Shown here piece after piece: positions 13,440 through 24,700 of a DNA stretch of 64,000 nt. The notes under the pieces are model-generated. The model saw only the letters and a list, made by a program, of their open reading frames with translations. It was not told the origin of the DNA and ran no database searches. Positions within the stretch are counted from its first letter, which is position 1. Each line of letters opens with the position of its first letter. The stretch spans positions 1-64,000 of the IMG/VR virus record IMGVR_UViG_3300017763_000002. The stretch is one strand, 5' to 3'. The translations under genes were made by a program, and so were the position numbers.

Positions 13440-14495
13440 ATGCAAGTACCGTCTATTGATATACTTACTGTGGTTTGCGGTAAGCAAGCAGTCTTAAGTA
13501 TGTGGGCAAAATTTTTATTTACCGCAGGAAATTCTGTGCTTAATGTAAATCTTAAAATCGTAGACAATAGTAACAGCGAAATATTTAGAAAAACTTTAAT
13601 TTCCACCCTTAAGCTCAATAATGTATATAGCGCATTTAATGACGTGCAAATTATAGAATGTCACGCAGGGGTGCCTTCATTATTCGAAACGGCTAGAGAG
13701 AGCGCTAACGCTCAAAAGAAGCATCAATCTACTGCAGACGCATTTACTGCAGGGTTCAGACAATGCAATGCAGATTATATATTTACTGTAGACGATGATG
13801 TAGTCTGCCCATCTCACATTGTTAGCTCTTTTGCGGAAAAGATGTCAGCAGACCAATCAATAGGTTGCGTTACAGGGTATTATTTTACAAATCCGAATTG
13901 GGCGCATAATCCAGAAAAAGCCAACCAAAGAGAAACCTCTGTAGCTAAAGATATGGATAACCGCGCGCTCTCGGGAGTATATGAAATATGGGGAGAACCA
14001 AACTGTAAAATTAGGCATTGTGGTACTGGCTGCGCCCTCTGGAGGGCCAGCGATGTCAAGCAATGTCTACCTCTTAGAGTAGAGTCTCCTAGCGATTCAG
14101 ATTTATTTTTTTTAGGCCCAGATGTTTGTCTTTGTGATGATATAAATAAATTAGGTAAATCAATTATTTTAGATACAAAAATGATATGTCAACATTTAGA
14201 TCATAACGGCAATGAGGTTGGATTAGGTGTAAAAAACTTTTTTGAAGAATATCAAAAGCAAACACAACGTATGAGTCAAGCAGAAATAGCATATTATCTA
14301 CAAGTTAAATTAAATAATTTAAATTCTTTAATGCTAGAATCTATAACGGAATTAATTGAGGGCAAACCGACATCAATAGCACTACAGCATAAAATTAAGA
14401 CCGACCTAGAAAATCTTTTTGAGAAAAGTCAGGATCCAAATAGGCAAAAAATAATCAAAAATATTATCAAATACATATTAATCACCGATAATTAA
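13440..14495 (+). CDS. GT-A fold (GT2-like) glycosyltransferase
   Basis: IVDNS, YIFTVDDDVV, GTGCALWR and DVCLC..INKLGKSIILDTKMICQHL motifs. Confidence 0.75.
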   Translation: MQVPSIDILTVVCGKQAVLSMWAKFLFTAGNSVLNVNLKIVDNSNSEIFRKTLISTLKLNNVYSAFNDVQIIECHAGVPSLFETARESANAQKKHQSTADAFTAGFRQCNADYIFTVDDDVVCPSHIVSSFAEKMSADQSIGCVTGYYFTNPNWAHNPEKANQRETSVAKDMDNRALSGVYEIWGEPNCKIRHCGTGCALWRASDVKQCLPLRVESPSDSDLFFLGPDVCLCDDINKLGKSIILDTKMICQHLDHNGNEVGLGVKNFFEEYQKQTQRMSQAEIAYYLQVKLNNLNSLMLESITELIEGKPTSIALQHKIKTDLENLFEKSQDPNRQKIIKNIIKYILITDN

Positions 14496-14496
14496 A

Positions 14497-15309
14497 ATGA
14501 GACTTCCAGACTTTATTATTCCAGGGTTTCAAAAATGTGGAACTACAGCTCTAAGGCAAAATTTAAATCAACATCCCGAAATATATATGCCTAAGTGCGA
14601 TGACATACTCTGCAATACCGACCAAGAAATGAATTTTTTTGTAAAACACGCAAACTTTCACAAAATGCCGGCGGACGAAGCCTTGCTTTGGTATAAATCT
14701 CGATTCAAAACCGACGCTAAGTTTTGCGGAGAAAAATCTCCTAATTATACTCTAATTCCTGAATTTTCTGCGGCAAGAATGCACGAAATAGTACCTAATA
14801 TAAAGTTAATATTTAGTTTCAGAAACCCAATAGATAGATGTTATTCTGCATACAATCACTACTCCCAAGCTTTTAACGATAAACAAGACTGGGTTGATAA
14901 CGTGGATTGGAGTCCAGATAAAAGTTTTTTATGGAATTTAGAAAATAAAAAAGGCATAAAAGAAAATACAAATTACGCTGAAACTCTAAAAACCTATGCA
15001 AAGTTTTTTAGTTCGGATAAAACGCTGCTTATTATCCAAGAAAGATTGCAAAAACCAGCGTATGAAATAAAGTCGGACTATAAAAACAATGAGATAATAA
15101 ATGAAGGTCAAGAAGAGTACGATAGGATATTTAATTTTCTTGGAGCGTCAAGTTTTAAAATTAAAAATAGAATCGTCCACGCCCGCTCAAAAAAGCAACT
15201 ATCTTCAATAGAGCGTGAGGCCGCTTACCGAATTTTATCGAAAGAGTTTGAGGCATTTTTTGAGATATACGGCCAGACTGTTCCGGAATGGAAGCAAGAC
15301 TTAAATTAA
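14497..15309 (+). CDS. PAPS-dependent sulfotransferase (heparan sulfate 3-O-sulfotransferase-like)
   Basis: LPDFIIPGFQKCGTTAL (5'-PSB loop), GEKSPNY and FRNPIDRCYSAYNH (3'-PB motif). Confidence 0.9.
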   Translation: MRLPDFIIPGFQKCGTTALRQNLNQHPEIYMPKCDDILCNTDQEMNFFVKHANFHKMPADEALLWYKSRFKTDAKFCGEKSPNYTLIPEFSAARMHEIVPNIKLIFSFRNPIDRCYSAYNHYSQAFNDKQDWVDNVDWSPDKSFLWNLENKKGIKENTNYAETLKTYAKFFSSDKTLLIIQERLQKPAYEIKSDYKNNEIINEGQEEYDRIFNFLGASSFKIKNRIVHARSKKQLSSIEREAAYRILSKEFEAFFEIYGQTVPEWKQDLN

Positions 15310-16254
15310 TTTATAGATCTCTGAATTTTTAATTTGTTTAAATAAATTACCCCTGTGTACGGCGAGCCTCCTTCTTTCGATCAAGTATCTGTGCGCTCTA
15401 GCAATTATATAATCTCTCTTGATGAGTTTATTGGCCTCTTGCATGCTTGAATAATATAATGGATAGTTATGCCCTAAATATTCGCACGCCGACTCGCTTT
15501 TATTAATTAATATAGGAGTACAGCAATCTATACAATCTAGTATAGTATTATTAGCAACACAATCAAATAAACATAAAAAGAATATATTATTCTCGTATAA
15601 TTTATAATAATTTTCATTACTTAATTTATTTATTTTATTTATATTATCTAGCGTGCCTTTATTAAATTGATTATACATTGATTCTGTTACCTCGTTCCAT
15701 GGTATAATATTTTTTGTATAGTTTGTTGGAGTCTCTAGCTCTAGTAGGCCGGCGGGATTTCGGAGGTGCATGCCTGGAGAGTATATATTTCTATTTTTAG
15801 ATTTATTAAAAGATTTTAAATCAAAAACTAATGGTAAATATTTTATTGGATGGTATATAGTTTCACAGGGCACATTAATACCTTTCGATTCAAAAAACGT
15901 TTTAAATTTATTAGCTTCATATTGAGACATAAAATATAAACCCAAACATTGGTTTTGTATAATTTCTAGAACGCAATCAGGATAAGGTTGTATTTTATTT
16001 ATGTATAAATGAGCATCAAATGGATCGTGAATAATTGCAATAAATGGTTCTACAGGAATGCTTTTGAGGGCTTCGTCGATGTGTTTAAGATTATTCTGAG
16101 TAAACCAACCAAAATGCGACTCAAAGAAAGTTAAAAGATTGACGTTGCCCCTGTAAAGCTTACTCTGCGCCTCAAGATATTTACAGGCCAAGTCCCAGCC
16201 TTCGTGAATCATTTCATGGTTTGGGGATATAATGTGTTTAAATTTCACACCCAA
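15301..16254 (-). CDS. putative GT-B-like glycosyltransferase
   Basis: C-terminal FLCLFDCVANNTILDCIDCCTPILIN...EYLGHNYPLYY resembles GT-B C-lobes seen in large-virus glyco clusters; cluster context. Confidence 0.5.
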   Translation of the reverse strand: MGVKFKHIISPNHEMIHEGWDLACKYLEAQSKLYRGNVNLLTFFESHFGWFTQNNLKHIDEALKSIPVEPFIAIIHDPFDAHLYINKIQPYPDCVLEIIQNQCLGLYFMSQYEANKFKTFFESKGINVPCETIYHPIKYLPLVFDLKSFNKSKNRNIYSPGMHLRNPAGLLELETPTNYTKNIIPWNEVTESMYNQFNKGTLDNINKINKLSNENYYKLYENNIFFLCLFDCVANNTILDCIDCCTPILINKSESACEYLGHNYPLYYSSMQEANKLIKRDYIIARAHRYLIERRRLAVHRGNLFKQIKNSEIYKLI

Positions 16255-17063
16255 GTCCTTGATGATTCATGAGTAAAATAAGAGTCTGGCAGTAAAGATT
16301 CTACGAGATATTGCTTAGGAATGTGTTGCCATGGCCCGTCAGTTGTATTGCTTTTTTCGAACAAACTTGATACGTTAAATTTATTAAACAAAACCAACTC
16401 CCCCTCGTTTTTTCCTGGCAATGATGTTGGGTTAGTATAAAAATAAGGTAACACGCACAATGAATGATTACTGCTCGCCTGAATTTGACTAGCAACTGCA
16501 GCGCTAATTAGTTGAGGTCCAGTGCTCCAAAATACTTTAGACTGTTTTTGCATATCGCGCTTACATTTTAATTCAAGAGCTCTTTGCTGCATCATGTATG
16601 CCGCAAGAATCCAAAATCTTGAGTTAGGCTCTGAGGCCATAATGGCATTGTATATGGAGTTTTGTAGATTATAAGCATTTGGGTACTCTTCGAATAAGAG
16701 CACCTGTCGATTATGCGAGCAATTTAACAGAAACTGACAATCATTATGCTCAATTTGGTCTATCATTTCGTCCATAGGCTTCAGCGACAACATGTCTAGA
16801 TCTAAGTAAACTCCGCCGTATTTGTGCATATAAAACACTCTGGACGCGTCTGCACGCTGTATTGGCCACTCGTACGACTCGTAAGTATCTAAAAACCAAG
16901 GGTAATAGTCTGCGATTAAATTAAAGTTATCTTCGTCGGTCCAGTACTTATATTCCCATTCTGGATGGTTTTTTAATAGCACATTTCTGATGCTACTCTC
17001 TTTGGCTGGCAAGTCTTTTGCCTTGCTTTTCCAGCTTTGATGGATTATTTTAGGGATTTTCAT
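16245..17063 (-). CDS. GT32 (Och1/Sur1-like) DxD glycosyltransferase
   Basis: IPKIIHQSWKS, HPEWEYKYWTDED and RADASRVFYMHKYGGVYLDLD motifs. Confidence 0.9.
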   Translation of the reverse strand: MKIPKIIHQSWKSKAKDLPAKESSIRNVLLKNHPEWEYKYWTDEDNFNLIADYYPWFLDTYESYEWPIQRADASRVFYMHKYGGVYLDLDMLSLKPMDEMIDQIEHNDCQFLLNCSHNRQVLLFEEYPNAYNLQNSIYNAIMASEPNSRFWILAAYMMQQRALELKCKRDMQKQSKVFWSTGPQLISAAVASQIQASSNHSLCVLPYFYTNPTSLPGKNEGELVLFNKFNVSSLFEKSNTTDGPWQHIPKQYLVESLLPDSYFTHESSRTWV

Positions 17064-17069
17064 AGCTCC

Positions 17070-17090
17070 TGTGTAAATCTATATTACACA
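17070..17090. promoter_or_regulatory. overlapping face-to-face GTGTA motifs (palindrome TGTGTAA-N7-TTACACA)
   Basis: Sits in the 31-bp gap between divergent starts 17063(-) and 17095(+). Confidence 0.6.
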
Positions 17091-17094
17091 AGAC

Positions 17095-18150
17095 ATGAGA
17101 ATTTTTATTACTTCCGATTTATCAAAATCACCCTGGAAAGATTCTTCAGTTCAAGCCTCGATTTTTCTATATGAATCTATACAATCTACTGGAGCTGAGG
17201 TGTTTATGCTAAACGTTGCTAGTTCAGAGGCTTTTACTGAAAGAAAAAATAAATTTTATAATATGAGTCAGATTGGTGACCCAAATTTTCCCTCGATAGA
17301 CGTTTTAATTATATGCGGCGCAAAAGTTTCTTTAACCCAACAAGAGTCTATCAAAAGCAGGTTTGGCGCTAAAATTATACTTTATCAACATTACTTTGTT
17401 TCTGCAATACATCAGGAAAATTTTGCCCACAACAAGCCGCTCCCTTGCTCGGAGCCTTTGGTTGACGAAATTTGGGTCCCCGAGCATCATAGCAAAAGCA
17501 TGCAGTATGTTAGTTTATTCTATAACCCGAAAGCATCAATTAAGTCGGTTCCTTATTTGTGGGATTCAAGTTTTATAAATTCTGAAAACAAAAGGGGTAG
17601 AATAAATTTTGAAAAAGAAGAAAAAAAGTCTATTGTGATATTTGAGGATAATAAATATTCTTTCAAAACTTGCTTGATGCCGATTATGATCTGCGAAAAA
17701 GCTAATCAATTAAATCCAAAAGCCATTGACGCAGTGAGCGCAATGAATACGTCTAATGCAAAAAAGAATCTATCTTTCATGAACTTTTCTAGCGATTTAA
17801 CTTTAAATAAACAAAACAAATTACATCTGAGCGGCGCATGGAACTTTAGTAGTGCTATATCTAAAATTGGTAAATATATATTATCATATCAAGAGAATAA
17901 TCATTTAAATTATTTATTTTTGGAAGCTTTGTATTTAGGGCTACCTCTTATACATAATTCCGAATACATTAAGGAGTATGGTTATTACTTTAATAGTATG
18001 GATTTAAATTGGGCTGCGAATCAAGTTTTAAATGCTCTCTCTAATCACGAAGAAAATTTAGAAGTTTATAGAGAACAGAATAAATTTCTAATCAAAAGCT
18101 ATCACCCTAAAAATCATAAAAATAAAGCCTTTTTTAATTCTTGCTTTTAA
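17095..18150 (+). CDS. DUF2827 family protein (putative glycosyltransferase-like)
   Basis: VPYLWDSSFI, KTCLMPIMICE and QENNHLNYLFLEALYLGLPLIHNSEYIKEYGYYF motifs. Confidence 0.75.
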   Translation: MRIFITSDLSKSPWKDSSVQASIFLYESIQSTGAEVFMLNVASSEAFTERKNKFYNMSQIGDPNFPSIDVLIICGAKVSLTQQESIKSRFGAKIILYQHYFVSAIHQENFAHNKPLPCSEPLVDEIWVPEHHSKSMQYVSLFYNPKASIKSVPYLWDSSFINSENKRGRINFEKEEKKSIVIFEDNKYSFKTCLMPIMICEKANQLNPKAIDAVSAMNTSNAKKNLSFMNFSSDLTLNKQNKLHLSGAWNFSSAISKIGKYILSYQENNHLNYLFLEALYLGLPLIHNSEYIKEYGYYFNSMDLNWAANQVLNALSNHEENLEVYREQNKFLIKSYHPKNHKNKAFFNSCF

Positions 18151-18189
18151 CTACTAGTGTTTGGTGTATATAATATGTAAGGTTAAAGG

Positions 18190-18726
18190 ATGAAAATTTT
18201 AGGCAAAAACGGTTATGTTAGAGATGTTACGGACGCTGATGTTTTAGAGCTTTCGGCTCATCCACGAGACGTAGACCAAAGGCATTCTCAGTATTTAGGC
18301 TGGGAAAATTACCACGAGCACATAATTAATACTTTTCATTCTTCTAAGCGGAGTTTAGCCTTTTGTTTCAGCGATGGAACTTTAGTCGGATGTACAGGAG
18401 TGCACGACTCCCCACACGCCCGAGTCGGAGGCGTCTGGGCATTAGGAACTAAAAACTCTTTAGATATTCTAGACTTCAAAGGCAGCTTAAAAAAAAGTTA
18501 TGGCAATTTAAAGTCTATTTTAGGTGTTTATGAATTTATGAAAATATCCAGGGAGCATTTCGATTGGCTTTTCGGAGAAGATTTTGATGTTTTGTTAAAC
18601 ATTGTTGAAAAAAATAACAAATTAGGACAGAGATGGTTGCGTTTTTTGGGAGCAGAAATCACGCCTAAAGACGACCGCTTTTGTCAAGTAACATTTTATA
18701 AAAATGGGCGGCGGAGTACATATTGA
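18190..18726 (+). CDS. GNAT-fold protein similar to T7 gp13/DUF2833
   Basis: LLNIVEKNNKLGQRWLRFLGAEI matches the N.V...N....RWL..LG.F pattern; GTGTA at 18164. Confidence 0.55.
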   Translation: MKILGKNGYVRDVTDADVLELSAHPRDVDQRHSQYLGWENYHEHIINTFHSSKRSLAFCFSDGTLVGCTGVHDSPHARVGGVWALGTKNSLDILDFKGSLKKSYGNLKSILGVYEFMKISREHFDWLFGEDFDVLLNIVEKNNKLGQRWLRFLGAEITPKDDRFCQVTFYKNGRRSTY

Positions 18727-21700
18727 TTTTAATCTAGATTTCTTATCTGCAGATCCTACATCCAACTCTGCCAAAAGAACATTATTCGGACACTCCAGGG
18801 CTGCCATGCCAGGAGCAATGCCGACATGGTACGGCCGTTTCAGGCAGTATGCGGTTTACGAAGTTGGGCATTTAGTTTTGCACGCGGATGACGCTGATGA
18901 TTTCTTGGCAAGAAATGAGAGGTCAGCGCCTTCTTTATCTAATTTATATGTATGCGTAAATACTAATAGAGCCGGAGATTTTCCGCCTCCTTCCTCAACC
19001 TCATGGAGATCATTGGCGGATTTGTCTAATGATTATGATACCGGAGCAAGATCAGTTCCTAGGGCTACTTTTTTAACTTCAGGAAGAATGTCTGATAATG
19101 AAATATGTTTAAATTTATTTGAATTTATTGATTTAAATTTTGTAATTTGTAATTCTACTTTCACCCCACTAAATAGCGGTTTAGACCCTATTGCTATTAA
19201 GCCTAGGGTTGGAGCCTCATTTGGAGGAGGGGTTACAAGGACTAGAAGAGAAGTGGATTTAAATTCATCGCAAGGCGGAAACTTAGAAAGGTTTACCGTG
19301 GATTATCCAGAGTATGCTATTTCGGGCACAGGGCAGATTCCCTTGCCTAGTAGAAAATTTGGTTTTGCGGCAACTTCTTTAAATGCACAAATGGGTTCAG
19401 AAATTGAAGCTCTTAATCCAACGAATGACCCGCTAGATCCAGATTTGACTGCAAATTCTTTTGACTCTTCTGTGGTTTATGAAGTTGGAAGCGTAGTGAA
19501 TTATTTTCCAATAGCTGATAATCAAAGCTTAGAGTCTGAAGTTTTTGATACGACTAACCACCCAAAGCTATCTGTGTGTATTAAAAATCTAGAATCTCCA
19601 GCAAGAGATCAAAACGGAACTTATGATACAAGCAAGCTCCCCTGGAATCAAAATTCGACTTACTGGAGGTCATATACATCTGCGGCGAACCGACCAAATT
19701 CATCATTAAGTTCTGTTTATGAATATTTAGTTAATAAAAAAAATAGATTTCCTGCATTTACAGTTAATCCTGACCCGGTAAAAAATCTATCTAACCAAAC
19801 AGTTATCAGGAATAAATCTAGAATTCGTATGAATGATTTTGGTGGCACCTCAAATATTTATGGGCACTTTTTTGTGCATTGGGCTACCGCATTACAACCT
19901 TATAGCAGGAGTAAATGCAGAACCTGGTACTCTGGGGCGTCATCGCAATCTGGCCCACATCAAGATGGGCAATATGATATTTTTATATATACTAAAAATT
20001 TGAAAAAAGACCACGGCGGCCAACCCAGGTTAGCTGTAACTTTCGGAAAAACTACTGCTATTAAATTTTTATCTGTTAGCGGAGTCTCTACATTTTCTAC
20101 AGGCACTATAAGTTCAAATACAATAAATAAATATTTAAAAGATGATAATTTTAACTCGTCAATGATTCAAGAGGTTAGTTCTGAGGCAGATATAATGCAT
20201 TATCAATATAGTAATCTCGTTCCCTCTTACTACATGGGAAGAGGTTACGTTCATGCAAGAAGAAGGGGCGGAGTTCATCCTGGCTCTAGCAAGGGCGATC
20301 GAAATTTAGGTAAATTTATATTGTTTATCGAAGATTTATTGTCTCGCCAAAGAATTGAAATGGTAACTCCTCAAATATTTTCTAATGGGAATCCCAGGCT
20401 TGGTCTTCATGGCCACTCAATTCCAACTCAAGACTGGGGAGAAACTGGGGCCACAAGAAATTATCAATATACAAAAGAAATTGTAGATGGCGGGGGTTTA
20501 ACAGATTTATTATCCACAAAAACAACTGCCACGACAGCGGCACAACCAATGCATTACTTAATAGTAGGCAACGCTTTAAGCGCAACAGACCAAGTAGCGA
20601 ATCAAGGAATAAGCTTTCAAAATCGTTTCGTAGATAGGGCTTTCAGGCCAATTATGCTGAGGACTGATGCGTTAAGCGAAGAAAGATTTTTTCATATACT
20701 TGGCTTGATGCAAACTGGATTCGTCGGGGTTGACGCCGAACTTTTTAAAAATATTACGGACCAAAATATCGACAACTTATCTGGTATAGAGAACAAAATA
20801 TGGATGGATCTTGGGGAGACGTTCCATGGCTCCCAAGGGAACCCTTTATTTAAATCAATCGCCTCTAAAATAGGCTCTTTTAAAGAAAACACACTTACGA
20901 ATCTAAACGATTTAGCTAGCTGGAGTTCATCTTCACAGTACTCTCCGCAGCAAATCACTAAAATTACCCATTCAGATTATTGGACTGCAGGAGGTGACCA
21001 GGGGAGTGCTAATTTTGTCGGACCTTGGTATTATGATGTGCAATATAATTCTGGGAGCGTTGTTTATTTGTGGCAAGACGGACAAAAAACTTATTATACC
21101 GCAGCAGCGAGTTCTAAGTCTGTTTCTCCAAAAGAATTTTTTACTTTTTACAGGGCGTCAGTGGCAAACTCAAATAAAACTCCTATCTACAATTCCAGTA
21201 TCTGGAAAAGAGTGTCAATACCTAAGGGTAATATCGGTTTCCTTAAAGGTTTTGTTTCGACTATAAACCCTTATACTTCATTGCAAGTTTTAGCTAATTC
21301 TAACCTATGGCCTCCAAGCGGAAGGCGCGCATCTAAAATTGGATTTGGCTGGAAGAGGACTTTATCTGAAGAGGGAATATTAAATCAAATCACAGAAAGC
21401 AATCAAGAGTCATATTTATCAAGCTGGACTGAAGGCGCAGAATACCAAGCGGGAGATATTATTACCGTGCAATCTGGTCCAATCGTCGCCCTTGCTCCAG
21501 ACGGAGAATACTATACTTACGAACAGTGGGTGTCTCGTTTTAATTTAAGCTCCCAAGAAGAAGAGGAAGTTTCTTTGCTGTTTTCAGAAGCAGAGGCAGT
21601 TAACCCGCTTTATGCTTTTAAGTGCTTAAAAAATACGTCTGAGGCGGATGTCAACGACCCTAAATCTTATGTAGGATTAATTCCTGGTTTTATTCCAAAT

Positions 21701-24700
21701 GAGACTTCGTCTGAAGTTTATTACTTACTGTCAAACCTAGACTCCGAGCAAGATTCAAACGATGTTATTTCAGAAAACATTGTATCTCAAACAATGTGGA
21801 AAGATATTTCAGCAGCTGAATGGAATAACGGTTCAATAACAACCAGTAAACTGGCGCACTATGGCCTGCTCCCTACGGGTCAATTTAATAAAAGAGACGT
21901 TTTCGGCGCAGGAACATATGCTTATGACCTTTCTTTTGAACCTTATTACAAAGTTGGTGATGCAGTTGTAATGAGGCAATCTGGCGTTGATGTATATAGG
22001 CTTAAAATCAAAGCATTTCACTTGATTGATTTTTCTTTAATTCCTGCCAGCTATACTGATGGAGGTAGTCTAGAATCTGCTAGCAGGATAAAACCAGATT
22101 ATTATTATTCTTCAAACATAAATTTAACAGGATCTTCGGTGCAAAACTATAGTTCTACCACCAGCTTCCACGGGCTAATTAGATCTCAGTGGTGGCAGCC
22201 TGTCGCGAAAAGAACAGGGGCTTTAGAAAGGGGATACCCCGATATATACGGAAACACAGGCTCTTACTTCGTGGTTCCAAAAAGCTTTGATTTCCTTCAT
22301 CTAGAAGATGGAATTGCCGAAGTGGCTCAACAAGCCACAGTCGACTCTACTATTAAAGTATACTTTGATGAGGTTAAAACTTTCGACTTGAGGGGTACGC
22401 AATACTACTGGACAAATGAAGTTAAAAATATTAGCTCAAATATGATTAATGCTTTGCCAAGTTATGGAAACGAAACGGAATTAGAGCCAAATTTAGTCGC
22501 AGAGCTTGAGCACCCTTATATTGATTTTGATGTTTTTGGGGCAAGTTGGGATGACGGCGGAACGACATCTCCGAATTTACTACAAACATCCACAACTGGG
22601 CATGAAGCTGTAGAGTATTTTAAAAGCTGGCTATATTCAAGTTTTGACGTTCAGCTAGCCAGAGACTTTGGAGAGCCTAAAGGTAGCAGCGTGAACCTTG
22701 ACGCTATATTGTCAAGTAAGTTTGAATTTGTAAAATACTACAGTTTTTATAATCCCACAGTTACTTTAAAGTATCAAATATGCGACGCATCTAATAATCC
22801 TATTGGTAGCGAAATTGATTATGTTGAAGGGAGTGAAATAGAAATCGAAAAGGGGCAGAGGATAAAATTAATCCCAAAATTAATTAAAGATGATAATAGT
22901 GAAATTAGTACTTTTTCATTGATGTGCAATTCTTTTGCAAAAAATAATACTATTGGACTTTTTCTAAGAACCCCTTTGGATAGCAATTATAAAGAAGTAG
23001 ATTTTTCTTATACTCATGTATCATCTTCTGTATCCGAGCCGCCTATTGATTCTGATGGAATAAGGGTTCCATATTATACGAACAAAGAAATTACTAGTGG
23101 GCAATTGGCTTTTCCCGCGCAAACCGGAGGCGCATATAGCGTTACTGCAGACCAAGCTAAAACCTATGCGAATGGAAATATTGTATCTTATGGGGCAAAA
23201 ACTTATGAATTTTATGTAGATGATGCTGATTGGCAATTTGACGCAGACATTGAAAATAATCCTGAAATAGCTCCAGGCAGATGGCACAGAAGATCCTGGA
23301 AAAATCCAGTGACATTGACCTACGGGGGAATTGCTCCTGAAAATACTCACTATAGAAGTTCTGGAGAATTTTTCCGCACGACAGAACAAGGCGGGGTGCG
23401 GGCTTCGGCGGAAACAATAACCCCCACATTTTCCAGTTCAGCTTTCACCCTAACTACCAACTTGCAAAATCTACTATTCGATTCTGCTATTGCATTTGGA
23501 CCTTATGGTCAAAATCTTTTACTATCTACCATAGATCAAGCTTATGAGGAAGTGGCCATAAAAGAAACTCTATTGAGTAGGTTTTATAAGTCTCAAACAT
23601 TGCACGATCAATACGGAGAAACTGGATCTGCAGAAGAAAAACTATTATCATCCGCACCAAAATGGAGGAACGTTTCAGGGCCAGAAGGCTCAATCACTGA
23701 GAACGAGATTCTTGGAATTGAGTGGTCTGCAAATAATGTTTACGCTCAGGGAGAAATTGTTGAATTTGGAAATAAATTATATATTTCTACCAAAATTAAT
23801 TCGTCTGTAGACCCTGCTTCTGAGCCGTCAGAGTGGAAAATTGTTCAACCTTGGCACCAAGACAACCATTACATTCCCGGGGATTTTGTTTATATATTTG
23901 AAGATGAGCTTGTTTTATCTTCTGATTCTAACGGAAACCCTCTTCCAACCTTAAGAGAAAACATTCAATTAAAAGGCCCTAGCTCAGGAGGAAATAATTC
24001 CTTTATTTATCCTTCTTGGTCAAAACACAAATACTATCATATAGGAGAAAAAGTTATTAAAAATTCAGCAATATACATATGTATCGCTGCAGGTATTGCG
24101 TCAACAGAATTAGAATTTAATCAAACTTTTCAATTAACTGCGGAAGCGGTTCCTGCACATCCTAATTATGGAGGTAAATATGCTTTCTTCGTTTGTGAAA
24201 AAAATATTTCTCCTGGGAGCGGAGGGCATGACCCGAGAAGATTGAACGTTCTAACTTCCATGCACGGAGATGATGACATTTTAATTAGGGCTAGCGATAA
24301 TTTATCTAAAGCTTTTAATCAAAATGACGATATATATTTAGATTTTACATATCAGAACGGGGATGCATTTAAGGTTAGCACAAAAAATATTAGCCTGTCT
24401 TTGTTCGGTTATAATTCTGCATCAAATATAGACGAAAGAGATTTTTTAACTCAAATTAATGCAAAACCAGAAATTGCAGAAGCGCATGCATCAACCTTAT
24501 CTGCGTGGTCTACTGGGTCTGAGGGGGAGGGTTTTATTTCAACTGGAACATTGAATATAAAAATAAAAGTTACTAATCCAAATCCATCAAGCGTAATTGA
24601 TAGAACTTTTACTCCCGCTACGCCACCTTCAGATTCTACCTGTCAAACATTTACTTCATATTCTAACTTGTTATGTAGTAATAAATTTTTCATTAATAAT

